DNA from: Paragordius varius
Lineage: Eukaryota; Animalia; Nematomorpha
DNA: 64,000 nt
Assembly: GCA_964247055.1 (NCBI GenBank)
Contig: OZ176055.1
Span: 1,116,001 to 1,180,000 of the forward strand
Direction of reading: 5' to 3'
The translations under genes and the position numbers were made by a program. Within the stretch, counting starts at the first letter, position 1. Every line of letters starts with the position of its first letter. The notes below the pieces were generated by a model. That model was not told the DNA's origin and made no database searches. It saw only the letters and a list, made by a program, of their open reading frames with translations. Positions 1-12,700 of this stretch are shown here, piece by piece.

Positions 1-283
1 AAATTATTGTAATTCATTTTCTTCAATAAAAATTTATTTATCATTAATATAGTTTATATATATATTATAATAATGAATGAATTGTTCCAGGAGTTTAATT
101 ATCATAATTTTCATGATTTTTAACTTGTTTGAAGAAACATTTTTACGTCCATTGAAAAAATACTTTTATCATTTTAAATATCAATAATTATCTTGATTTT
201 TTTTATAATTATCATTGTTTTAGATATTTTAAACATACTTTATTTTTTAATTTTATGTAAAAAAAAAATATTTTTTGATATAG

Positions 284-743
284 GCAGCACTTGAAAGCCT
301 AAATGAACTGGATTTATTTGGGGCCACAGGGGGCCCACAATCCATTATCCATTGTGTGGCGGGTGAATCTCATCAATGTGAAGTAATTTATTAAAGCATA
401 AAATTGTGTATTTTTAATTTTTTTCCAGTTACATTTTTATAAATGTAAAATTATTCCATATTTTAGTATAAATTAATCAATTATTAACTTTTTTGAAACT
501 GTTTGAAAACCAAAAACCGGATCCCCAATTATATATAAAATTAATTTTTAATTAAGTGATATTTTGATATGGGCCTAAACTAAAATTGTTGCAAAAAAAA
601 TATTGAGAGCTTGTACAATTAATAAATAGTCTTTTGTATAAATTTATGAAGCTGGAAAAATTTTTGTACTAAGATTATCTCTAACCGAAACTATTTTTTT
701 AAACATATTATGGAATTTAAACGGTAAGGAAAAACTTTATGAT

Positions 744-774
<31 letters not shown>

Positions 775-3700
775 TTTAACTTTAACACTCATTAATATTT
801 GTGCGACAGATTGTTTTGGAGTCTATGCTACCCCGTGAATCTAATTCAAAGGTTATAATTTATAAATTATTGGTTATTATGCTGGTATTTTACATTTTTT
901 TGAAGATTTTATGTTAAATTTTATATATATATTAAATAATTTCCATTTCTAAAATGTAACCCCTACGGTTATTTTTTTTTAAAAAAAAGGAAAATTTAAA
1001 GTAATTTTTTCAAACACGCCATTTTCCCACCTTATTCAAACCTTACATTTGTGACATAAGTCCTTAGAAAACGCAATTTGCATAAAAACATAAATTAAAT
1101 TTTAATTATAAATTTATAATATAAATATAAAATAATAATTCTTCAACTTATTTTTTTAGGGGTGCTTTAAATGAATTTTAAGCTTTTTTATCGCTTATAA
1201 TTAATTACCATGTAACTAACAACCAATTAGATAATATACCATTTACAATTCAAATTTACCACTTGAAATATCCATATTCACTCTATTATTAATAATTAAT
1301 TATGTGCTTTCGGGATAATATATCTCATTATTAATATGAAATATTTTTATAGGGTATAGTTTAATATTTTTTAGAGTATTATGTTAATTTTATTAAACAA
1401 AATTTTTTTTATATTTTAAAAATATAACATACTATATGTAATTTTTAATATATAAAAATAAAAATTTGTAATTTGCTTTAGGGTGAATTTAAATTGTTCA
1501 AGGGTAAATTTGAGTTTTAAATGGTTTATTATACTTAGATTTTTATTTTATGTTTTTTATTTAATGTTTTGATTTTGAAGGAAATCGATTCGGCCATACT
1601 TTTTATTCTGGGTTTCCCAGCCTTTGCCATTGACAGTAAAACAGTTATAACGCACACTAAACAAATGATTATAGATAAGTTACAAGTATAATTCCATCTT
1701 TTTATTAAAAAAAAATTGTTTTATTTTTTATCTTAAAACCTCTTTTTAGGGTAAATATGGATTCAAAAGATTCTTACGTGATGGCTATAAAACGGCTTTA
1801 GAGGTACGGATATTTAAAAACTTTATGAACTTTTTAGCTAAAATTGTATATATATGAACCTTTTAGCTAAAACTATATAAAATTTAATTTTGGATTATAA
1901 AGGATGTCAGTAGATTATATTACGATCCTTTGGAGTTGAGAACGTTCGAGAACATTGAATGTGAATGGCCAATGTTTTTTGCACTCATGAAGATTGATGC
2001 CATATTCCAAGGAAACCAAGAACAGGTAAAACAATAAACTATGGCCACAAAAAATCATACATTTTATCTTTGCTATTCTTTATATTGAGCAAAATATGAA
2101 AATTTTTGCACTATATAATAAATTAAATTAGAAAATTGTTTGAAAAGAATCACTTTTATAAGAAACTACTAAATGACTATTACAAAACACATAAGGAAAG
2201 TTGTTTAAATAGAGATCGGGCATAATCTATAATATTAAACTCAAAGTTTTTATATAATTTATTAACATTACTTAACCATTGTTGTTCTGAAGCATAAAAT
2301 TTTCAATATACAATCAATTTTAATTGAATTGTTTAAACTATGGGGTAGCACACCATGAAATTCGCTCTAAAAATATATTATATTATAATATATTATTTAT
2401 AAAAAAGTTTTGGAATCTAAAATATTATAAGTAACATTTTATATTGAATTACATTTCGTATTTTACTTATTTAATATATTTTTCCATAAAATTTTACAGT
2501 ATATAATAAAAATTTTTTTTATATTTTAGTTGAAATTTTACAATGAAGCTTTGGAAAAGGTTATGATTGTAAAGGATGGATACAAATATATGCCTGAACT
2601 TTATACCGTTCCTGTAGGAAAAGTAAAAATTATTACAAACTCTTTATTAAATTAATTTTTATGATTAAAAATAGTTTTTGTTTCCACATAATTTAGTATA
2701 AAATAATTTATTTCTAGTTAACTTTATAAATATAATTAGTCTTTGTATTTGCACGCTTTTTTACATTGTTTAGAAAAAATATATTGTATTTCATATAGCG
2801 CTTTCAATATACCATTTGCACTTCAAGAGTGTCCTTGAACAGTTCAAGTTGGTCCTTTGACTTTTTTGTTTTGTTTTTAACTTTTATCAATCAAATCGTA
2901 AATAATCCATCTATTTTATTGTTTTTAACCTATTTTCTATTATTTAACATAAATTTAAAATCAATATCAACTTTTAATCTTTAAGAAACCGTATATCTTT
3001 ATTAATTTCTTAAAATAATTTTGGATATTTATAAGATAACACGAAATAAAAAAATATAAGTTTTCTAGGTTATTTATTGAAATTTTTCATTAAAAACATT
3101 TAAAAGTCAATAATTTTGTTTAATTGAAAAAAAGTTTGAAACAAAAAAGTGGTTTTTAAATAAAAATTATTATTTTAAAAGGAATAAATATATAATAAAT
3201 AAAAAAATTAGGTTAATAATTAATAAAATAAAATAAATGCAAAAATTATGGTTAAATTAAAATTTATATATTTTAAGGACCAACTTGAACTGTTCAAGGA
3301 CCAACTTGAAATGTTCAAGGACATTCTTGAAGTGCAAATGGTATGTATCATTTTGCCTTTGCGATCTTTAAATGTATACCATTTACAATTCAAATTGACC
3401 CTTGAACAATTCAAATTCACCCTAAAAATATATTATGTGTTTTCGGGTTAATTTAACTCATCATTAATATAAAATATATCCTTATGGCATAATTTATTAT
3501 TTTTTCAAAATTTATTTTGTGAAATAAAAAAAATATAATTTCGGTCTCAAAAAACCCAAAATTTATTTTAGGGTGAAATCAAATTGTTCAAGGATGAATA
3601 ATTGTTCAAGAGTGAATTCGAATTATTCAAGGATGAATTTGAAGTGTAAATGGTATATAACTTTGCACAACAATGCAATTATAATATTAATAAAAAAAAC

Positions 3701-6700
3701 TTACGGTGTCAATAATAAAATATTTATTATTTTATTCCAATAAAAACTATGTATGAATGCCAACTTTTGTAGAATTATATTAATTGGTCTAAACTTATAT
3801 ATATATATATATATATATATGTTAAAATTTAAAAAATTGACATAAAAAAAGCAAAAAAATTTATTTTTCCAAAAAATTATATATAAAAATTTTTTTAAAT
3901 TTTCCAGGTTAGATATGAATATGAAAATCCACATACCCAAGAACGTGAACCTGCAGGGAAATTTCCAACCTTGATTGGCCAATCTTTGTACTTGTTGAGT
4001 TGTTTGCTTGAAGAAGTAATCCAAAACATATTTTAATCTTAACTTTTTTATGGGGGAACCTGTTATATATATATATATATTAGCGTGAATCTCGTGCTGC
4101 TACGCAGCCCGAGGAAGTCCTTCGGACTTCTGTGGGGGGAGGGGGGAGGGCTTTTAAAAAAACAGGACAATGAAATGATCCACATATGTGGATTATTTCG
4201 AAACATTATTTAATAGATATGATTTTATAGGAATTTTAAAACGGCGCATTCATACTAATATATTGTTGACTTGGGTGAAAAATAGATTCAAAAAATTATT
4301 TTTGTGGACATTTTTTAAAAATGGCATTTTACGGGAAGAGCGGATAAAAAGAGGGATTAAATCAAAAAGGCAAGACGACTATGTTCGGCGCGATCAAAAA
4401 TAAGTAAACAAAAATCATATTTGAAATTAAATGGTCCAACACGTTCTCCAGAAAAATGTCTCAAAGACACGATCAGCATTTTCCATTTTTATATATATAT
4501 AGATATACTATTTACAATTCAAATTCATCCTTAAACGATTCAAATTCACCCTTGAACAATTCAAAATCACCCTTAAATACAGTATGCATTTTAATGTCTG
4601 TTAAGTAATTTTATTGCCTGCCAAATAACATAAATGGTTTATCAAAAGCGTAAAATACTGACCCACGAAATTATTTCGTAGTACACATATGAAAGAAGAT
4701 TGACGTGAGAATTAACATAGGCTTTAATTTGATGGATATTTTGTAATGTTAAATTTTGGGAATATTATAGCCATTTATGTTAACATTTGTAATATTGTTG
4801 TTACGTATTTAGATGCGGAATTTTGTGGGTTTTATTCTTTGATAAATTAATAAATAGTAAAATACGTATTTTAAGATATTTTATGTTAATTATTCCTAAA
4901 TTTTAATAATAAATATTTTTCAACATGCTAAATACCTGTATTAATTAATCTTGGTATCATAATATTATATAGTTGTTATTACTAATTAAAAAAACACAGG
5001 TAAATATATATTAGTGAAAATTTAAGTAGATTTTTGTCTTTTATGTTTTGCATTATTTTTATCAGGTAAAAATTGCGGTTTTTAATAAATTTCCTAAAAA
5101 TTAAGTTTTTTTTTGTTTTTTAGGTTTTGCATTGTTAGTTGTAATTAATTACTACATATTTTGGACATTATAATAAATAGAGGAAATTGCGGTTTTTAAT
5201 AAATTTACTAAAAATTTAGTTTTTTAGGTTTTGCATTGTTAATTGTAATTAACTACTACATATTTTGGACATTTTAATAATTACAGGTAAAAATTGCGGT
5301 TTTTAACAAAATCAGTAAAAATTTAGTTTTTTTTGTTTTTTTTAGGTTTTGCATTGTTAATTGTAACTAACTACTGCATATTTTGGACATTATAATAATT
5401 ACAAAATTTAGTAAAAAGTTAATTTTTTTGTTTTAGAGGATTTTCATTGTTAATCGTAATTAATTAATTTTGGACATTTCAATTAATAAAGGTAAAAAAT
5501 GAGGTTGTTTTTATATTTAATAAAATTTAATATTTTCTTGTTTTTTATTTAATATTGTTAATTGTAATTAATTACTACATATTTGGAAATTTTAATAAAT
5601 ACAGGTGAAAATGGCGGTTTTTAATAAATTTCAAATATAACATTTTTTGTATCTTGTATCATTGTTATTTAATTAATTACTAAATATGGACATTTAAAAA
5701 ACTTGTGTAAATTGCGGTTTTTATTAAATTAGTAAATTTTATTTTTTGTTCAACCTTGCTAATTTATTTATCACTATAAATTTGTGATACATTGATATAT
5801 ACAGGTAAAAATTACTATGACTTGCGGTTTTTTGAATTTTTTAAAATATTTTTTTTAACATTGATAACTTATATAATAAATATAGTTAACATATCTGAGT
5901 AGGTAAAAATGCATATTACGGTTTTATGTTTGACATTTTATTTTCCATCAACTATTTATATTTTAACAAACAACTTATGTCACCAAAGATTGAAAATAAG
6001 ATCAGGATATATAAAACATCTTTTAAAGTATCTGAATATCGCCAAATATAAATAAATTTATTTAAATTATAAATGTATAATTATACAAAATATTCATATT
6101 ATGTTTGAAATTAATATTTATTGATATTAATACAGGTAATTTGTTTATATAATTGATGTAAGATGCGGTGTGCGTTCATGATGATCATATGGATTGAAGA
6201 ATAGTATAAGATGTAGATAATCCTGAAAATTTTAATCACCATCATTTTTTAGGTAGATTCTATCATTTAAAATATAAGATAATTGATATATTAGAAAATT
6301 GATACCTGGAAATATTGGGGGAAACATTCATAGTTTGAAAGGAAACTCAAAAGGTTGACTTGGCTTTTTAACAACTAAATTTGCAAAAAAATATTTTCTT
6401 CATGATAAAAAATTCAAAAATGATACCTTATTTTACGTTTTTATTTTACCATCCTAAACTATAAATATAAAAAATTATTCTTCACCAAAGCAAAAAATGT
6501 TAGTGTTGCCTGCTTTTGGAGTGCTGTTGCATTCCAAGCTTTTGAAAAAATTATTTGTTTCTATTTTCTATTTGACGCCATTGGTATGGTGAAATCATAT
6601 AAGCCTTTTCATATTTATAGTTTAGGATGGTAGAACGAAAAAAAACATAAAGTATCATTTTTGAATATTTTATCATAAAGAAAATATTTTTTTGCAAATT

Positions 6701-9700
6701 TAGTTGTTAAAAAGCCAAGTCAACCTTTTGAGTTATGAATGTTTCCCCCAATATTTCCAGGTATCAATTTTCTAATATATCAATTATCTTATATTTTAGG
6801 TGATATAATCTACCTAAAAAATGATGGTTATTAAAATTTTCAGGATTATCTACATCTTATACTATTCTTCAATCCATATGATCATCATGAACGCACACCG
6901 CATCTTACATCAATTATATAAACAAATTACCTGTATTAATATCAATAAATATTAATTTCAAACATAATATGAATATTTTGTATAATTATACATTTATAAT
7001 TTAAATAAATTTATTTATATTTGGCGATATTCAGATACTTTAAAAGATGTTTTATATATCCTGATCTTATTTTCAATCTTTGGTGACATAAGTTGTTTGT
7101 TAAAATATAAATAGTTGATGGAAAATAAAATGTCAAACATAAAACCGTAATATGCATTTTTACCTACTCAGATATGTTAACTATATTTATTATATAAGTT
7201 ATCAATGTTAAAAAAAATATTTTAAAAAATTCAAAAAACCGCAAGTCATAGTAATTTTTACCTGTATATATCAATGTATCACAAATATATAGTGATAAAT
7301 AAATTAGCAAGGTTGAACAAAAAATAAAATTTACTAATTTAATAAAAACCGCAATTTACACAAGTTTTTTAAATGTCCATATTTAGTAATTAATTAAATA
7401 ACAATGATACAAGATACAAAAAATGTTATATTTGAAATTTATTAAAAACCGCCATTTTCACCTGTATTTATTAAAATTTCCAAATATGTAGTAATTAATT
7501 ACAATTAACAATATTAAATAAAAAACAAGAAAATATTAAATTTTATTAAATATAAAAACAACCTCATTTTTTACCTTTATTAATTGAAATGTCCAAAATT
7601 AATTAATTACAATTAACAATGAAAATCCTCTAAAACAAAAAAATTAACTTTTTACTAAATTTTGTAATTATTATAATGTCCAAAATATGCAGTAGTTAGT
7701 TACAATTAACAATGCAAAACCTAAAAAAAACAAAAAAAAACTAAATTTTTACTGATTTTGTTAAAAACCGCAATTTTTACCTGTAATTATTAAAATGTCC
7801 AAAATATGTAGTAGTTAATTACAATTAACAATGCAAAACCTAAAAAACTAAATTTTTAGTAAATTTATTAAAAACCGCAATTTCCTCTATTTATTATAAT
7901 GTCCAAAATATGTAGTAATTAATTACAACTAACAATGCAAAACCTAAAAAACAAAAAAAAACTTAATTTTTAGGAAATTTATTAAAAACCGCAATTTTTA
8001 CCTGATAAAAATAATGCAAAACATAAAAGACAAAAATCTACTTAAATTTTCACCAATATATATTTACCTGTGTTTTTTTAATTAGTAATAACAACTATAT
8101 AATATTATGATACCAAGATTAATTAATACGGGTATTTAGCATGTTGAAAAATATTTATTATTAAATTTAGGAATAATTAACATAAAATATCTTAAAATAC
8201 GTATTTTACTATTTATTAATTTATCAAAGAATAAAACCCACAAAATTCCGCATCTAAATACGTAACAACAATATTACAAATGTTAACATAAATGGCTATA
8301 ATATTCCCAAAATTTAACATTACAAAATATCCATCAAATTAAAGCCTATGTTGTCTCACGTCAATCTTCTTTCATATGTGTACTACGAAATAATTTCGTG
8401 GGTCAGTATTTTACGCTTTTGATAAACCATTTATGTTATTTGGCAGGCAATAAAATTACTTAACAGACATTAAAATGCATACTGTAAATTATGTGTTTTT
8501 TAAGATTAAAAATTACCTATATTTTAATATATTTTCAAAAAATAAAAATTTGTTTTAAATTAAAGACTGATGTGAATTTAAGTCAGTAAGATAGTAAGAC
8601 GGTAAGACAGTAAGATAGTAAGACAGTAAGCATAAGACAGTAAGATATTTGTATAAAAAACATACATTCGTGATAAGTCTGCTAATAGGAGACTTATCAA
8701 AATTTCAAAGTATTATAACTTGAAAAATATTGCATCTTTTTGAATTCTGTAAACTGGAGGATTGAAAGTCAGGTATCCTTTACAAATAATATATAGGGTT
8801 GAGTGAAAATGCGTAATTCTTTCGACACGAAACTGAGTTTACTAAACTCCTCCAAAAATTGTATAAATCTTAAAAAATATATAAAAAATCTTGGGTATTA
8901 TAGAAGAAAATGGCATCTATACCATTGTTTCTTATTTGGTAAATATTTTTTTTATATTTTTACAGTTTTAACAATTTTTTTTAAAAAAAATTGTACTTCA
9001 TGGTTCTGACAACAACAAAAATAAATATAGCTAAATATTATTATAATAAATTTGAATTTTGTATTCTAAAATCAGCTTTTAACCCGATAATAACCGTTTT
9101 CCCCTAAAATTTTACATGCAGAACGATATCAAATCCAGGGAAGTTTTGGTGGAATTACTTGAAAAGTAAAATATTAATAAATATATAGATTTCCAATATT
9201 ATATTCTAGAAAATCCAACAGTTTAGTTATGCACAAAGATCAATGGGATTTATTGTTTAGTGAATATATAACAAAAGTTAATGATGGCCAGAACTTAAAA
9301 CAGTTACAGAAGATGTTTACTAATATTAAATATACGATTAAAAAGAAGTTGCAAAAAATGAAACAAACTGGAAACAAAAAGCCACCTATTTTTCTGGAAT
9401 ATGAAAAAAATTATACTCATTACTTGAATATTCATCCAGTAGCGAAATACAAAATCATAAAAATTAAGGCTATAATTTTGATAGTTTGGTTAGTAAATAA
9501 TAAACAAATTATCATATTCTCCAACATTACTCTATCAAAAGAAGGTACATATTTAATAATTGTATGAAATACTTTCTGTAGCCTCTTGATCTTCTCCGTA
9601 CTGGAATTTATGGAAGTATTTTCATCTAGTTCCTCCTGAGCACTATTAAGATAAGAGACAGAAGGACACTCATTTATGGTCTGCTCGTTAATGCCTGAGC

Positions 9701-12700
9701 CTATGGAATCTACATATATATTTCAATGCAAATTACTTAATATATAAGCAGCTGAAATTCGCTCATCACAATCATTGGATTTATTTTTACTAAATTTATT
9801 TAAGGATAAAATTTTTTGGGTATCTGTATATTATTTAATAATATTAAACCAAACGTATCAAAATTATTGCCTTGATTTTTATGACCTTGTATTTCGCTAC
9901 TGGATGAATATTCAAGTAATGAGTATAATTTTTTTCATATTCCAGAAAAATAGGTGGCTTTTTGTTTCCAGTTTGTTTCATTTTTTGCAACTTCTTTTTA
10001 ATCGTATATTTAATATTAGTAAACATCTTCTGTAACTGTTTTAAGTTCTGGCCATCATTAACTTTTGTTATATATTCACTAAACAATAAATCCCATTGAT
10101 CTTTGTGCATAACTAAACTGTTGGATTTTCTAGAATAAAATATTGGAAATCTATATATTTATTAATATTTTACTTTTCAAGTAATTCCACCAAAACTTCC
10201 CTGGATTTGATATCGTTCTGCATGTAAAATTTTAGGGGAAAACGGTTATTATCGGGTTAAAAGCTGATTTTAGAATACAAAATTCAAATTTATTATAATA
10301 ATATTTAGCTATATTTATTTTTGTTGTTGTCAGAACCATGAAGTACAATTTTTTTTAAAAAAATTGTTAAAACTGTAAAAATATAAAAAAAATATTTACC
10401 AAATAAGAAACAATGGTATAGATGCCATTTTCTTCTATAATACCCAAGATTTTTTATATATTTTTTAAGATTTATACAATTTTTGGAGGTGTTTAGTAAA
10501 CTCAGTTTCGTGTCGAAAGAATTACGCATTTTCACTCAACCCTATATATTATTTGTAAAAGATACCTGACTTTCAATCCTCCAGTTTACAGAATTCAAAA
10601 AGATGCAATATTTTTCAAGTTATAATACTTTGAAATTTTGATAAGTCTCCTATTAGCAGACTTATCACGAATGTATGTTTTTTATACAAATATCTTACTG
10701 TCTTATGCTTACTGTCTTACTATCTTACCGTCTTACTATCTTACCGTCTTACTATCTTTCTGTCTTACCGTCTTACTATCTTACTGACTTAAATTCACAT
10801 CAGTCAAAGTAATACTCAAAAAATAATAAACTATGCCATAAAGATATATTTCATATTAATAATGAGTTATATTAGCACATAAAATTTATTTTTAGGGTGA
10901 ATTCATATTGTTCAAGGGTGAATTTGAATTGTTCGAGGGTTAATTTGAATTGTTCAAGGGTGATAAACTGTAAATGGTATATATATATATATATATCAAC
11001 CCTTAAGGGTTTTTTCTCCCAACAAGGAGGTACCCTTTGGATAAAGATACGCCATAAGCATAAGCCTGCACATCTTCAATTTTCAGATTTAGCATAACCA
11101 GATCGTTTTCATAGAAAGCCAACTTTTCAATAGACCTCCTTTACGATATTGCAGAAAAATTGACCATCAGTGCGGTATAACCAACTTTCATGGGCGTTGG
11201 ATTTCAAACTATTTATGCGCAAACAGTCGATAAGCGGAGTGAGTCATTTGTAGGACAGTATATATGGATCAAATTTATTATTGTAGTTATAGAGGTTTGG
11301 GTTTGTTGCATATAAAGGATAGTTTTTAGAATTCTCCTTTCCGATTGTTGTAAAACGTTAGTGAACTTGTTTTGGTTAAAGCCATAGCTTCGGTTGCGTA
11401 AATTAGAACGGGTCGTATGATGGTGGTGGTAGTGTACATAGTCGATTTGGATTTGAATGAGAAGTTATTTATTGTTTATAAAACTTTTAAGTTGGTGGTA
11501 TTTTGACCAGGCATTTTTTATTCGGTTATTTATGGTTGGTTCAAGGCCCCCCACCAGCGCTTATAATGTCACCCAAATATGTGATGTACTGTTTCAAAAG
11601 GTTTTTCATTACATACACTTTGTGGAGGCGATTTCAACTGAGAGCATTTATTGTGGACCCATTTTTTACATTTGAGAGACATTGGATTGCGTTGGCGTTT
11701 TGACTTCTTTGCTACATATTGAGCAGAGCCATTTAATAAGATTATATCGTTCATTAATTTTGTTTTTGATACATTAACCTTGAGTCCAAACATCTCTAGC
11801 CCTTCTTTCCATGTCGCGAGATTTGTATTTAATTTCACACTTCACTGTTTGCCATTAATACTAAGTATCATCATTGGCATAAAGGATGTTGTATGGTAAG
11901 CCTTGGTTGGTCTAAGGGTTTAGTGATTTCATCCATAATACTTATAAACAAGAACGGGCTTAAGAGCGAGCCTTGATTATTGATTTAAATGCCTTTGTTT
12001 CGTAGGGCCGCCCAGGGGATTTGAGTTTGGGGTACCGAATCGAATGCCTTTTCAAGGTCGATGAAGACATAAAATAAGGGGCTATTTTGAAGGTGTGCTT
12101 GTTGAAGTTGTCTTAGTATAAAGATGGCGTGTGTGGTTCCTTTGTTGGGTAAGGATCCACACTGCATTTCATTTATATCTATCCTCTCTTTTAGTGTTTT
12201 TAATAGAATAAGTTTAAATTGTTTCATACCATGTTCGTCGAGTAATTTTAATGGGCGATAGGAGTCAGGGTTAAATCTGTCCCCTTTGCCCTTATACAGG
12301 GGGTATTATTAAGCTATTGTTCCATTCGTTTGGAGTTATATTATCGTTAATTATACTATTAAATATATTACACAGTATCGGTGTGCTTAGTTTTGAATCC
12401 AAGGCGCTGATCATTTCTACAGTAAATTCAGAGGGACCGGAGGCTTTATTCCTTTTCATGTAACGAATTCCTTTTTCAATATCAATTTCCGTAAACTGTT
12501 CAGCACTTAATACAGGGGTAGAACATGGTATAAAAGCATTACTATCATTACTGTTGAATATTTTGTAGAAATGGTTCCTCCATGTTTGTTTTATTATGAT
12601 AGGTTCATAGCTGATTGAGTTATCGGGTAGCTTGATTGCTTGTTTTGATAGAATAGAAGATTGATGAATCTTAGATTGATTTGTAGATGGATTGTGACTT

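Larger units (their letters stand above)
4504..10980. mobile_element. Family-A MITE split into three pieces (4504-4579, 8485-8564, 10806-10980) by two foldback insertions
   Basis: Removing 4580-8484 and 8565-10805 rejoins TATAC(T)ATTTACAATTCAAATTCA...CCCTTAAA-TA-AATTATGTG...TTAAATTAAA-GTAATACT...GGGTGAATTTGAATTG...GTAAATGGTA, which matches intact copies such as 14569-14799 and 27062-27342. Confidence 0.85.

Noticed and set aside
3220-3451. ORFs of 66 and 67 aa on opposite strands
   Set aside because: They are translations of Family-A MITE arm repeats, not genes.
5060-5830. Regularly spaced repeats that could be mistaken for a CRISPR array
   Set aside because: The context is a eukaryotic intron; whole ~115-bp units repeat with no unique spacers, and no cas genes are present.
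6470-6650. ~50-codon open frame across the spacer of the 3.9-kb foldback
   Set aside because: No start context or recognisable motif; not enough to call a transposase remnant.
8803-10535. Identical ORF pair [10 protein letters not shown]... at 8803-9009(+) and 10305-10535(-)
   Set aside because: Mirror images caused by the foldback arms; no recognisable domain, and the composition is typical of AT-rich noise.
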